DNA from: the human T2T-CHM13v2.0 reference genome, Homo sapiens
NCBI RefSeq assembly: GCF_009914755.1
Contig: NC_060927.1
Direction: 5' to 3' (one strand)
Length of the DNA stretch: 64,000 bases
Within the stretch, counting starts at the first letter, position 1. Every line of letters starts with the position of its first letter. Positions 42,289 to 57,600 of the stretch are shown in pieces. A model generated the notes under the pieces. That model searched no databases. It had not been told where the DNA came from and saw only the letters and a list, made by a program, of their open reading frames with translations. The position numbers and the translations under genes were made by a program.

Positions 42289-45200
42289 ATGGACGAACTA
42301 AGATGGTATCACATTACAGTCTGTTTAGATCACATCTTTGGACACAATTGCAGCTTGAGCTGCAAGGACTGCATGAATGGAGGAAAGTGCCAGGAAGGAA
42401 AGAGTGAATGCTCCTGCCCAGCAGGTTGCCGTGTCATTCTTTGTAATGAAAGTAAGTGACACCCTGAGAATTGGGTAAGTGCTCCAAACTACTCCTTTAC
42501 ATATGTTCTCCCCAAAATGTTTTAATAAAGTAAGCAATTGATAAGTATGAGAAGACAATTTATTTGTTGGGCATAAATAATGCTTATGAAGTGCTTTAAG
42601 TTTTAAACTGAATATGTGATTTAAAAAGGAGATTTTATGTTCCCTAGGAAACTCAACATGCTGTCTCTTGTTTATCCATGGAATGTAAAAGTTAATAAAG
42701 GATCCTAATATTCTAGGCCTATAAAAATCCCTCCATTTAAATAAATCATTAGGCCCTGACAAGCTATTCCCAATGAAGAAAAAAGGAAAGGATTTGTGCT
42801 ACAAAGTGCAATTTAAATGGACTTGCTTGACTGTTTGCTACTTGGTTTTGTGTACTTTTTTGTTCTTTTTCTTTTTAAAAACATGTAAACACAGCCAATG
42901 ACACTGGTTTAATTTTTTTATTCAAGTCTCTCATGAGTAAGTTCAAAGATTTAAAAATGATACTGCCCAAAATTCCTTTCCTCTATATTTTAAATGAAGG
43001 TATGCTTTCAGGAGTTCAAACTTCCAAGTGATAAAATGTATTGACTATCTTTGTTTCTTCTTTCTCTTTTTAAATTCATTTTATGAGTTCTATTTATATA
43101 AGTGTTTTGTCTTAGTTTTTGTGATTGGCTTGGAAGATGATATGAACAGATTTTCTTTTGAACTCTCTACATATGGGAGGAACACAGCTGTTGTTACTCT
43201 TATATGATATAGATGCAAAACTTCAGTCATAACATAGTGAAATGGTTTAACCAAGATTACTAGTTAGGGTTTTGAGGATCTTCCTCATGCATCCCTCTGA
43301 TCATGTTTCTCTGCTGCTGAAAAGCTTTGTGCCTTTCCCTTCACATAAAGTGTATACATCTTACCCAGTCACTAGTGGCCATCAGACTCTCATAAATCCT
43401 TTTGGCTTTTTGTCCTAGTCTTAACGCTTCACCTAACCTATTATTTCCCGCATACTAAACCACTCACTACTTAATGTGCTGCATTTTTCATCTTTGTGCC
43501 TTTTGCTAAACTGTCATCCTTGAAGGCCTATTTCTGCCTATTGCATGAAGCTTTATTTGATGGCCTCAGTCTAACACAGCTATTTATGTTTTTGGTGGAT
43601 TAAAAAAAAATTCTCTCTCTCTACATTGGATTATTTTCTATCTTCTTTACTAGACTGAGAGCTTGCTGGCCAGGTCCTATTCATGCTTATTCATTGTGAA
43701 TTTCTCCACACTGGAGGTATCCAGTGCATGAATGAACACATGAATAAAACTTGGTGTTGAAACTCCCAGCTATATTGACCTGCAACTTGGCACACTCAAA
43801 TACATAAAATTGGGATCAAATAAATATTATTGCATGACCACTAGTAAGTCAATATTTACCTTATATTGTAAGTTTTATTGATAAATATGCATCTCCCAAT
43901 ACTTATCCCTAACATAGTAAAAAAACTAAAAAATCTATCTCAAACAAATAAGAATAAAATAAATAAAAATTTAAAAATAAAAAATAAAAATATAAAAAAT
44001 ATTTTACACACTAGTAAATTTAAAAACTAAAAAATAAAATAATGAAAAAATCTGTCTCTAACACGTAAGAATAAAATATCTCTGACATAAAATTAATACC
44101 AAAATATTGAAAATGAGCTTGCTGATAAAATAGAAATGAGATGGCATCTTCTTTGGCTTTAGAAAACCTTGGGGATCTCTCAAATATTTATATGTTGCAA
44201 TAAAGGGGAGTCTACCCCTGAAAGCAGAACTTCTATCTTCTTTGTACTTTCTCTATATCCTTCTCTTATTTCTTTTACAACAATGAAAACAGAACAATCT
44301 ATTTAGGAGAAACAAAAAACAATTGTTCATATTTTTTTAACAAAAAGAAGGAGTGGGAATATTTTCTTTAAAATCCCTATTGGCCAGGGGTGCTGGCTCA
44401 TGCCTGTAATCTCAACACTCTGAGAGGCTGAGGCAGGAAGATCGCTTGAGGCCAGGAGTTTGAGACCAGCCTGGGCAACATAGCAAGTCCTAGTCTCTAC
44501 AAAAATAATAATAATAAGAAGAAGAATAAGAATAAATCCCTTTAAACTACAATAAGCAGAGACCAGTTATTCATTGGCTATATTTTTAAGATTGCCAGCT
44601 TTTCAAATGCAGCAAAATAAATGAAAAAAGAACTTTCAACAGGGATCTAGAAGTCAGTTTTCCCGTTGAGTAGATCTTCTAGCCCAATACATTTATTAGT
44701 CTATAATGAAAATATCTACTTTGATTTCTTAGAGGTTTCTTCAAATAAATATATTGAAACAATTTTAAAATGACCACATATTATTTAATTTTAAAAGCAC
44801 ACTTTTAGAACCCCATTTCTTATGAAAGGTTTCATATCGAGATCATTTGTTATTGTGAGACTGTATCTGGTGGAAAGGAAAGATAGGAGTATTTTTCATA
44901 TGTCAAATGAGTAGACTAAAACATGGGAGGAGAGATTTATGACTTTTTTTTTACATCATCCAGCTATGGTTTGGGACGTGTTTGTTTTACATTTTTCTTC
45001 CCCAGAATCTCTACACTGTTTGATCTAATGAAGTATTTGGCAAATCTATAGACTATATGATAATCACAGTTTACTTTGTGAGGGAGTGTCAAATTATAGT
45101 GTCGGTTTGTCTATATTGATGACTCGCCATAATCCAGACGCTGTGCAAGCCATTTAAACTTCCTTAGCTTCATTTTACAGGTTAAGTGTTTAAAAATTGC

Positions 45201-48200
45201 CCCTTCTGTAGTTGCTGTTAAAATGCAAACATTAACAAAATGTAAATTAATAATATAGGCCACAACAAATGCTTGTTGCCAGTCTCTCATTTTTTGTTTA
45301 TCCTTTCCTTTTTTCCCTTTCATAGTAACCTATGGCTTGAAAGCAAAGAAAAGGGTGAATAAGAAGCCAAGTTCCATATTAGCATCTGGAATGGGAGCAG
45401 GGGATGAATGGAGCATATTTTATAAATGTAATTTTATAACATTTAGCCTATTATGATAAAATGTCAATTACAATTATTACTGAAATTATCTCAACAGCTA
45501 CATTTGCTTACATTACAATATAAAGTCACCGACATTTTTCCCAATTTATTGTTTTATAGAGCACTAAACACAAAAATACCAACAACCTAATGAAAACTGT
45601 TGTTTGCCTGACTTTGTCTTATCTTTGGCAATGCAAACTACCTTGGGACCCCCATGAGAACCTTAGCTGCATTCATTCCTGGTTAAAAATACATGACATT
45701 TTAAAAGCATTTTTCCCTCAGTTTTCAAAATAGAAGATGCAGTTTGTTTCTCGTTAGGGTTGGAATTGTACAGCAAAGTTGTCTGGGTAGCTTTTAAAGT
45801 GTGAGGGTTAGAGTTTAAGAAATGAGATAAATTTTGCATTTGAAACTTGTTAGCAATTTCTTCAGTCATCATTATTTTAACTAGCTGTATCAGTAATCCC
45901 CTCGGGAGTGATTATGCTATACAAACTAGGAACATGCCAGAAAATTTTCCTGGGTCTGTAAGCCACTGAGTTTTTAATTACTTGGTATCTATCCTGATAG
46001 AAAGAGAAGCTATTTTTTCCCTCCATTTGTATCAGAACACGTATGTTCCATTGCTTGTTCATCTTCTCTAGTTTCTTCATAGCTTATTCCCCAGAGACCA
46101 GTGAGAAAGAATGTGGCAGCATCGGTAATTGTCAGAATGGAGGCATCTGTGATCTTCTGACTGGGCACTGCCAGAGCCCCCCAGGGGTTCATGGGAAAAC
46201 TTGTGAAGATAGAAGGAATGTCTGGTGCCAGTCAGTTAAGTTCTTGGGGTTTCTAATGAGAAGTAAACTAAGTGAAAGTTGCATGTGTATTTTTCAAAAT
46301 GGCCTTTTTCTGAAGAAGTAAAAGACTGTGAAAGCTGTGTCTGTATATATAAAAGAGTACAATTGTTTTGACTGATGACATGTGTAACAACGAAATAAGT
46401 GATATTTAAATCTCCAACTGTGATCTAAGCAGGACGAATCCTCTTACAGAGAAAGCCTTTTTCTTCTACTGAGCAAAAAGTTACAATTATGTATATAGGT
46501 TTAGATGTAGGAGCTTAGGAGAAGTTATTTTCTCTGCATAACAAAATGAAGAACAATAGAGCTCCTTGGGGAAACCAGGGAGGAAGACAGATGAAAATTA
46601 GAGAAGAAAAGGGAAGGAGGTAGAGAGAAAAAGAAAAAAAGAGATGATGGATAAAAATCTCACAAAATACCAATGAGTACTGTGCATAGATTTTGTGTGT
46701 GTGTGTGTGTGGAAACCAGTGAAGAGGCCACAATTCCTACATGGGTTAATAAAGCACAAAAAAAAGAACCTGCTTGCACATGCACAAAAGCTGAAGGCAG
46801 AGAGTCAGTGAGGATGTAAGTCTCTAGGGATGGCCAGAAATCATGAGGAGTTTATTAGCTTCTCACAGTTGATAGAATTGGGGAGCTGGAAATGAAGTTT
46901 ACTTCACTTTCTGAGATGCAGTAAGGTCCCTGCTGGCATTTCAGTTACTTATCTTTGTGAGCAATGTTCATTTATTTATTTAAAAACTACATTAAATGGT
47001 TGCAAGGAATGGCACCAGACATTATGATATGATAACAAAAAAGAAATAAAAGCTATTATGATGCTTCCATGTGGAACTTGCGATTTTGTTCAAGGCAACC
47101 ATAAATTACAAATACTGGTAGGGATTACCTACCAGTACTAATATGTGGTTGGAAGTGAGACCATGAGGACAATGCAGACTGTATGAGCCTGAGAGAGAGA
47201 CTTATGGAGAAGTCACATTTAAGCAAAAGCCTGCAAAATGTGGAGAGATAAAACAGGAGAAGAGTGAGGAAAGAGCTTTCCTGATTAAGAGGCAGTAGGA
47301 AGGCATGGGATGCTCTATGAAACCTGCAGAGGCCAGCGGAGCGGAGCACAGGCAGACAGGGAGACGGTAGTGCAACATGAGGTCAGCAAGCTCAGGGGCC
47401 CCAGTCTTATTAAGTTTGGTGTTTTTGACCAGACAGCAATGACGAGTCATTGTAGGATTTTTAAGCAGAGGATACAGAATCATCTTGGTGGTTTTAAAAA
47501 GATCTCTCTAGCCTCAGTTCAACCAGATTGGAAACATTTCACCTTTCTCAGTCTCCTGACTTCCTATAACAATAACTCTAGCAAGTTTTACATGTGGTTT
47601 AATATTTTCTTCATTTGTCCTCTCACCTTCCAGGATGCCCAAAAGGGTTCTTTGGGAAGAACTGCAAAAGGAAATGTAACTGTGCCAACAATGGCCATTG
47701 CCACAGGATGTATGGCGCCCATATGTGTGAGCCAGGGCGCCATGGGAGGTTTTGTCATCTGAGTAACTTGCAGGCACTTAATTTGCTCTGTGTGTAAAGC
47801 GTGAAGACACAGAAAAGTGCAGAGACTACTGTCAGACAAAGGAAGAGAGTAAAAAATGTTTTCTATAGTTTTATATATATGACAAATATGTTATAGCCTT
47901 TAGCCTCTTTATAGAATCTAGATTTTAATGAATGAAAGAAAAATGTTTCTAATTTTGTTTTACATCTGATTAATGTTTACCTTAATTAATGGGAGTGGAT
48001 TGTTAATAGTCTCTTTAAGTAGATGTTTGATACTTTACCAAAGTTGAATACCTCGGGCCAGAACAAGTTTCTTTTATTTCTCTGTTCCAGAATGAAGCAG
48101 TCTCATTCTCTAAGATTTCTAATATTGCATTTTGACTATTAATCACATTTTTCAAAGGATGCAAGAAAACATGATCACTAACAAATACTTCAACCCAGCA

Positions 48201-51200
48201 GTAACTTTTAGAATTTCTCCCAGTGGGATAACTCTGAATGTTCTCCATCCCACCTTGATGCTATGTGCAAGTATCTATGAGCCTGCAAAAATCTTCACCC
48301 TGCTCCTCTACCTATTTCACATCCTCTTCTCTTTTTGTTAACAGACTAATGCCTCTGAAAATCTTTCCTGATTGAACTTCAGTGTTTTAGTCCATCTGGG
48401 CTGCTACAACAGAATACCATAAGCCAGGTTGTACATAATCAACAAATACTTGTTTCTCACAGTACTGGAGACTGGGAAGACTGAGATCAAGACACCAGAT
48501 TTGGTATCTGGGGAGGGCTTACTTGTTGGTTCTTAGATGGCATCTTTTCACTGTGTTCTCATGCATGGTGGAAGGGACAAGGCAGTTCTCTGGGGTCTCT
48601 TTTAAGATCACTAATTTTATTCATGAAAGCTCCATCCTCACAACATAATCACTTAATCACTGCTAATACCATAGCCCTGGGAGTCAGGATTTCAACATAT
48701 GAATTTTGGGAGGACAAAAACATTCTAACCATAGAACCACTTAATACCATAACCATCTCTTGATAACAGACACCTTTTAGAGTCTTATGTTTTATTTTAA
48801 TGAATATCCATGATTCTCGTCTATTTTATAAAAGCCATGTCCATAGGAAAGATAAATTATAAATATACCAATAAGAGATCCAGTGAAGTCATCATAGAAC
48901 ACTAAACCTGGAGCATGAGGAAACATTAGGCCTAGACAAGCAACATAGAAGAGAAGGGGAAAGGTGTGGGAAACTATGAGCAATAGAGGTGCAGATGGTA
49001 TGTTCCAGAATGTTATATACCTCCTAGGATATGCCAAGAGAAGAAGATTGACCTAGAAACAAGGATAATATTTGTATTATTGTTCCTGTAGTGTAACAAG
49101 ACACATCCCACTTTTAGTATTAACTTTAGAATATCTAAAAAGGTTACATCAGATGTTATGGCAAAAAAAAATTGAATCATTATTGATCTGGTCAAAAATG
49201 TAAAGGGATAACTTTTCAGAAACATCAAGTTGAAGTTTTTAGGGTTTAATGATATTGGCATAGCACATATTTATTCATTTGCATGCTGCGAGGAGTTGAG
49301 GCACAGGAAAAAAATCAGCAAACATGTTTGTTGTGTTGGTGGTGGTGGTGGTGGTTAGCATTTTGAATATGACTATCTTTAGGGAAAAATGATACATTCT
49401 AGTTCTTTGCAACTCCCTTATTGCTTGGACTTGAAGATTTATTTATTAATGTCACTTTCCTGGTCTTCAGGAACTTGAGTTTGCAACTCTATATATTCGT
49501 TTTTTAGTCCCACCATAACAAAGTACCACAAACTGAATGGCTTAAACAACAGAAATGCATTGCCTTGTAGTTCTGTAAGCTAGACGTCCAAGATCAAGGT
49601 GTCCCCAACCCCCTGAAGGTGCTAGGGACAGATCTGTTCCAGGCCTCTCTCCTAGTTTCTGGTAGTTCCTTGGCTTGTGGCAACTTAACTTCAATCTTCG
49701 TATGGTACATGTCTCTGCATACAAATACTGCTTATTTATAAGGACAGCAGTCATATTGAATTAGAGGCCATCCTATTCCAGTATGACCTCATCTTAACTA
49801 CTTATGTCTGCAATGATTCAGGTTCAAATAAATTTACATTCTGAAGTACTGAAGGATTAGAACTTCAACATATGAATTTTTGGTGGACACATTTCAATGC
49901 ATTACAAACCCCACTTTTCCGTATTTCCAAATATATTCCAGTACTGATATGTTCTTAATATACAAATGGTCACATTTAAGCATTCCTCTGTGTCTGTGTT
50001 GTCTTCTGAACCATAATTCTATGTGCTGAACCAGAAAGAATAGGGCATGAAGGACAATTTTGAGTGAGGATTTAGGAATGAGCAAGAAGAGGCCTACATT
50101 AAGGCAGGCAACAGCCTGAGAGACCCTGGGACCTGGTGGGTGTACGAAAGGATCCAAAACTTGGAAGCCATAGAAAAGGAGATAGAGGATCATATAAGTT
50201 ATTATCTACATTGGGAAACCTGAAAAGGACTCTGTTAACTTTAGAGGTAGCTCTGTACTATCCCTGGCAATTGGGACTAGGATGGCCCTACATGGTGGCA
50301 TCATAACCATCACTTTGAATGATCTCTACTAATGTCTCTTTCCATCCACTGGAAAGTCAAGTGTTCTCTCTAAGCAGCTTTCTACAGCAAAGCGTATGTG
50401 GGCACACAATGCAATTACCTTGAGCCTGGAGGCCACTTGAAGGATTTTTTACTTGGTATGTCACTTGGACATCTGTAATAGGGGAGAAAATAATGTCAGA
50501 GGGATATTTCAGAAAAGGAATTGAATTACTGTAACACTCCTCAAAGAGAAAACTATGGGTATGTTTTCCTGAATGCAAAGGTGTGACTTTTTCATATTAG
50601 AATTCCTGTGCTGCCTTCCATCCCTAACACTCAATGGCAAAGAGAAAATAATGAAAGGAAGGCAAGTACCATTTGCCAAAGATGTGGCCAAGATAACGCT
50701 GTTGTCACCATGAAACCTTTATGTTATCCTACATGATGTAAAATTATTTCTGATTACCATAGAATGGAAGGGAATGAAAACAACGGCCAGCCTTCTCATA
50801 AGTGCTTGTCCGTCATCTCCATGCTGCAGCAGGATGAATATGGGGCCTGGCAGGCCTTAGCATTCTTTGGAGAATATTAACTATAGGCACCAATGGAGCA
50901 CATTGAGAAGCAATTTCTCTCCCGGAAGCACCAAAGCCTTTTAAGTAGTTCAGGCTTCACTGTTCACGTCCAGTTGCCAAAAAGCAAATGAATTGCCTGA
51001 TTTAAAAGACATTTGTTTCCTCATTTTTTTGGCAGTCAGGATGATCCTCTTGTTTTCCCCATAATCAGGCTCCACAGAACTACATGCCTGTGCACTAACA
51101 ATTTAAAATAAACAAAGCGTGGTTTTCAGGTGACCGCTTTGCCTCTATTTGCTTATAGACTGTCTCGAGGATGCCTACGGAGCTGGCTGCACTTCAGAAT

Positions 51201-53441
51201 GTCAGTGTGTGGAGGAGAATACCCTGGAATGCAGTGCCAAAAATGGTAGTTGCACCTGCAAATCTGGTTACCAAGGCAACAGATGCCAGAAAGGTATGCT
51301 CTGATGATAGATTTTCTTTCTTCTTTAATAATAATCCTCAGCCTTTGTTCAGCATCATATGATTATTAATTAGTTAATCCACCAGTGCCCTCAGAAGATG
51401 GGTAAGCTCTATTAATCCCCTATATGCAGGTGAGGAAACTGAGACATAGGGCAATAGAGTTATTTAATGCAGTCTTCTTAGCCTCTGCTGCTTCCTGTCC
51501 CCTTGTTAGCTTGAGCAAGAGAAGAAAGATCACACTGCAGATAATTATATTCAGAAAGACTAAAGCTAGACAACTGCTTCTTTAAACTGAACTAATCAAC
51601 CCAAGGCACTACTAACTTCCAGAATTAGAATTGTTTTCTTTATATCTAAGGATTGATCATTCAAACAAATGTAATTCAAAGATGCTAATGCTTAACCATA
51701 GAAAAACTTTGAAAAGTTTTAATATGGTTATTGGTGTTTTGGTTTTTCAAATTTGTATGTATTACATTTTTTATAAATATAAAAGTTATTGTATAGTATG
51801 ATTACAATTACAAGTAACATATATAGGTATATATGTGTGTGTGTGTAGATGCATATACCATTTGGAAAAAGGTATTCCAAGATGCCAGTATTGACTATCT
51901 CTGGCTTGTGCATTCATGGGATGCTCTTTCCTAGGTACCTACATAACTCTTTCACATTTCAAAAAGTCTCATGTTCCTTTTTTACTGAATCTTGTCAGTA
52001 CTACCCTACTTAAAACTGTAACTTGTAAGTTTCCAAACTTTTTTCTTTTTTTATACTGCTGATCATTTTCTAATACAGCACATACTCTAATTATGATGTC
52101 AAATATTTATTGCCTGTCTTTTCCTGCTATAAGCAGAACCCCATGAGTGAAGGGTATCTAAAAATTTTGTTCAGCCAAGTATCCCCAAACTTCTGAAACA
52201 GTCCTGATATACAGATATTGCTCAATAAATATTTTCTTAAATCAATACATAAATTTGCATTTTTATTCTTTATACATTTTTCTTGTATTATCATGTATTT
52301 TGCATTAAGCACTTATTATTATATTTCAGAGGAAAATATCACAGCATTTTTTTCTCTTTAGTACAACCTTGTGTAAAATCAGAAGGAGATAATAGGTTCG
52401 AAAGGAAACCATCATGTCTTTGGGGCCACTTACAGAGGCAGGCACTAGGATTGAAAATGGTCTTTGACACTCACGTATCCTCACTTTCTCCTTGCAATGC
52501 CATCTTCAGAGGATCTGCAGGGCTTTTCTGGAGCTGGATGGACAGGGGAGTTTCTCTGTTCCAGGTTGTCTAGTGGTTATAGAACTGGAGAGGGTGAACA
52601 GTGATGTCCATCTAGATTTCATGGACAGAGTTTACTTAGGTAGCTGGATTGTGACTTTCTAGACATTAGGGAAAGGAAGTTGGGGAAATAGAATCCTAAC
52701 ATGACACTAACGGGTTTAATGTGGTATGAGAGTAGGTCCCATGCCAATTTCTAAACATCTTCCTGCTTCAAATGATTTTTAAGCCCAGAGTCAACCCCTT
52801 ATTCATTTTCCTCCTGGAGAAGTCATGCCCTGGAAGTCAATGTATGAGGAGACAATGCCATATAACAAACCTGGGTAAACTTAATTTATTCTGATAACAT
52901 TTTCTTAAAGCAGCTGCTGAATATACTTTATTGGAAAATGCTTCTGAGATTCCCACTGTGAAGGAAAATGAGTTGAAAGTATATGTAAATCAGCAAAATA
53001 GAGAGGTCACCATAATCTCTGGAAAACATATTATTTTTCAATCAGATAACTTTGTCCAATTCTGATATTTTTGTCTAACCACAAAATGAAATTATGAATC
53101 AGACTGCAGCAGGTGAATGGGGTTGCTATGATTGGCAGTTGAAATCAAGGCAAAAAGAGCTCTCCAAGAGTTGTGCATGATGAAAATCAGGCCTGTTGTT
53201 TTTCTTTCTCTTTTTTAAAAGAGTGAAGTAGCCCAAGTGCTCCTAGAGACAGACATATCTTTAAAAATCTTAACTCCAGACCTGTGTCTAGATTGCAGAT
53301 GAATAGTTAATTAAAGACTGGAAATTGTTTCAATGGCACTAATGAACAGTATTTTCCGCAATCAGCACCAGGCCTTATTTAGCTTATCAGCAATGACTTC
53401 TAAGAACAGAAGAGCTGGTTTCTACAACTAACCTGTGAAAT

Positions 53442-53478
<37 letters not shown>

Positions 53479-54631
53479 AAGAAAAAGTAAAGCAGCCGGT
53501 GTCTTTGCCTTGTTTAGATTAGTTTGTAGCCTAGAGTATTTTGCACACTCACTGCAGGCAGACCTCAGAATGTAGAGGACTCTGGCCCAGCTGGCCCCTT
53601 GACACTATACAACCCCTGGATCATGATAAGAAAGAAAGATTTTTTTTAGAAGAGTTCCACATCAGATGAACTTCGAATTTTGAACCCGGTGAATCTTTAA
53701 GAGCAGATTAATTGGCCTGAAAGATGCTGAGTACCTAGTATTGTAGAGTAAATTCGGGTGTAGTGGCTGAGCGCACCAGTTTCAGAGGCCAGGAGATCTG
53801 GGTTCAAGCTTTGTGATATAGAGTAAGTCACTTAACTTGTGGGAGCCTCTGTTTCTCATATAAAATGGAAATAAATTTGCTTATGCCATAGGGTTCTCTT
53901 TTGGAAGTATGAGCTAATTTACATAAAGTGCTTAACAGAGTTAGTAATCAACAGATCGGGTATGAATATCCCAGAAAATATTATAATTCTGTAGGACAAG
54001 AAGATACTTCACAGCCCAACTTGATTTGATGTAACTTTTCATAAGTGTTATATTTTTAAGAAAGTTCCACCTTTTTCCTTGGGTTAAAAAAAAATGCTTT
54101 CCACCGGGTTTCTAATTCCAGTGGTTTATATGGAAGAACACACACTGAAACCTCTCACTGAGCCCTCAGTGGTCCCTGCAGCATCAACTGTCCTTTGCTA
54201 GTTCAAAGAACAGTCAACAAAGCAGATCACTCTTTCTCTTCTCCCACCTTATGCACTGTACACTCTCATAAAGTACACAGTTCATAAACCTCTGGTGTGA
54301 TTATTTTAGCTCACAAAAGAAGCAGTCTTAGAGAACAGGATTTAGGCAACAATTTGAGGGCAACTTCCTGAGTGCCACGCCTCCTGAGCTTCCTTTACAA
54401 ATTACATCTCATTTTCAGGTTTTGTTCTGTGCAACTGCTGCTAAAGATATATATCAAAATTGCTTCCATTGTTACTGTCTGAAAAACCACATTTTCAGCA
54501 AAAAGCCAACCTCTGTATCTGTGTTTTCAAAGTGACAAGATATAGTATCATGTTGATTTCTTCAGGGAATACTTTTGGAAGTGTTATAAATCCTTGGAGG
54601 CTACTAGGATATTTCTTTCTTTGCAGCTCTG

Positions 54632-54665
<34 letters not shown>

Positions 54666-57600
54666 TTCCAACTTGGTTAGGCAACAGTAGAAATCTTGGA
54701 CCATTTTGAGACTTCTTACAAGTCTACGTTTCTTTCTCTCTCTCTCTTTTTATTTTATGTCTGCCCAGATGGCCTCTGGGGACCAGAGGGCTGGTTCTCC
54801 TCTGCACCCTGTGAAAATGGAGGTCAGTGCAACAAAAAAACTGGAAATTGTGACTGCACTCCTGATTACACAAGAAAATCCTGTACCATATGTAAGTCAT
54901 AAACCTAGACGAAATAACCAACAAAGTTAATAAAACTGTTAACTTTAAAAATGCTTTTTTTTCCTGCTATACAAGATATTGCTATGTTAGGATGCATGTT
55001 CCCACCATTTATTGTTGTGTAACAAACTACCCCAATACTTTGTGGCTTAAAACAATGATTTAATATTTCCCTTAATTCTATGGTTTGATGAGGCGATTAT
55101 ACTGCTGGTGTCCCCTGGGGTCACTCATGTGACTGCTTGGGCTGGTAGATATTTGAGAACAGACTGGGCATGGCTGGGCTGCTCAACCAGGGAACTTGCC
55201 CTTTCCTTTACAAAACATTTCCACAAGGTTAACTTGGACTTTCCTATAGCGTGACAGTTTTAAGACAATAAAGAAGGAGCATTCCAAAAGTGTGCAAGCA
55301 AAAGCTATGTGAGGTGGAAAAGCCTTGCCTCAGAAGCCACACATTGTCACTTTCACCACATTCTATTGGTTAAAGCAAGTCATGGGCAAGCCAAGTTCAG
55401 GGGAAGGAGAAAGAGATTCTACCTTCTGAAGAGAAGAGTAGCAGAAGCTTATTGCAAAAGACCTTCAAGTTGAGAGATATGGTTGCAGCCATTTTTGGAA
55501 GCAATCTACCATAGTATGCTATTCAAATTTATACTGAAAGGCACTTTAAGAACCTATTAGACTAGAATTATCATTCTTGTCAGATGGGAGCAGATTAGAG
55601 AGTGATAGAAAGTGATTAGCTACATCGAACTAGTTTCAAGGAGCCAGTAGAACTACTATCCCGCTGTACCCTTTTCTGGTTGTGATTATTTGTAAGTTGT
55701 GCTAACCCTGCCTGTATCACCTTCTCTACTCCATTGACAATGAAACACAGTGACTTGAGAATGTGAGGAAAACTATGGGCTGGATAGTAATTATACTTTT
55801 TTTTTTACATTACTATTTATTTGTCTAATAAAGATTAGCAAACATTTGTGATTATCATTTTATGAAGTGTGAACAGTGATTTGAATTAGCTTTCAGTGCT
55901 TAGGCCTTTCCATTAACCAACAAATATATAAAATCAGAAACACCATATATAAAATGTAAGCAGATAGTATTTAGCACTGAGCTAATCATATGATCACTTT
56001 GGGAAATATTGCTGCCCCTAGGGAGAACCCTCAGGCAAAAGTTACAGGACTAGATCTTTGATGACTTTCTGTATATAGCAAGATACTTTATTTTAGAACC
56101 ATTATTCTGGCACTTTTGACAAGCATTTCAAACAGTAGAATAGTTTACTGGAGAAGCAGTTGGCTATCCCTAACCTACTTGTTTGCTTCAAAAAAAAAAA
56201 AATACCTCTTAAAGGTAAGAATTTACATATTCAAAAGGTAGTTACTTGCTATTTCCACAGTGAAGTGACATTTTCTCTTGTCTAACTCAACTTTAATGGA
56301 ATAATTATTAAGCAGATAGTGATAAAGTTTACACTGTTCCAGTTGTCAAGTGATATAAATAGACCATTTAAGAACAAGTGAAGAAAAAGATAAACTCCTC
56401 ATTCTTTAAGATATTAATTTTCATAGTTATGTTACAGTTCTTTCCTTTTATGACTTCAAATCCCAGAAAAACATTTCATGATAGTCCTGAGAGATTTGTT
56501 AGTGATAAGTAATACTATTTACATTTTATTGGCAACTTGATAATGATACATGTATTGAATTCAATATGCAAAAATATTCCCTGACTCCTAGTCCAGTCCA
56601 ATTTTAGTATTACATGCTATTATCTGATTTTACACACACAGACACAAACACAAATTATATAATCACCATAATAAGATATTTAGGAAAATGAATGGAGCCA
56701 AATGATAGAATTCATTAAAAATGCTTCACGCGTACCTCACAAAAAATGTGTGTGGCATTTTAAAAGTGGCATGTATTTGAAGAAAAGCATACAACATTTC
56801 TCTAAATATCCCGTTATGGTGCTCACAGAATTTTAAAACCTAGTTACTCTGCATAATGAACTGTAAAAATACTCATAGGCTATATAAGTAATATATTTTA
56901 GAGGCAGGAAAGACCAAAAAGCTACGTTTAAATATATTGGCTTTTTAATAAATCCTGTTGTTTGGAAGTTATAAATACAAATACTTGGGGAAAATCTTTT
57001 TAAATCTTTTATTTCACTGTATTTAAAAAATCCTCTGGATTATGGTAGATTGGACTTTGTTGCTGTTTTTTGTTTTTGCTTCCTAAACAGTATGTGTATG
57101 GTGTGGCATGGCCATGGGGGTGGAATCACAGGCACTCTCACACCCTTGATAAGAATGCATCATCTATGTGAAGGGCAGTTAAATCTTACATGTCAGGCCT
57201 TTTAGCAAATAATCAGAGAAGGGCTCCCAGCCTTTTCTTTATCCCAGCATTATTTATAACAACAAAAAAAGCTTAAAGTAGAAACAACCTAAATACCCAC
57301 TAGAAGGAGAATGATTGAGCAAATTATACAGCATATCACTGGACTCTTCTGAGGCCATTAAGTTTCATGTTTTAGAAGAATATGTCATGTCAGAAAAATT
57401 GACATTGAGTTGATGTTAAAAGCTATATGTACAGAATGATTCAAATTTGTAAGAACATGTAGCTATGTATGTATATGGGAAATTGTAGAAGAAAGGACAG
57501 CAGTTTTTAAACAGTGTCCATCTCTAGATGGTGGGACTATGGGTGAATATTTTTCTCCTTTATACATTTCTGTCTTTTTCATATTTACTAGTTTACTACT

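Noticed and set aside
42325-42762. 145-aa minus-strand ORF
   Set aside because: Antisense shadow of exon 7 plus intron
47310-47762. 150-aa ORF
   Set aside because: Intronic L2-like sequence running into exon 9 in the wrong frame
53445-53476. Poly(A) as the tail of a processed pseudogene
   Set aside because: No recognisable body or convincing TSD
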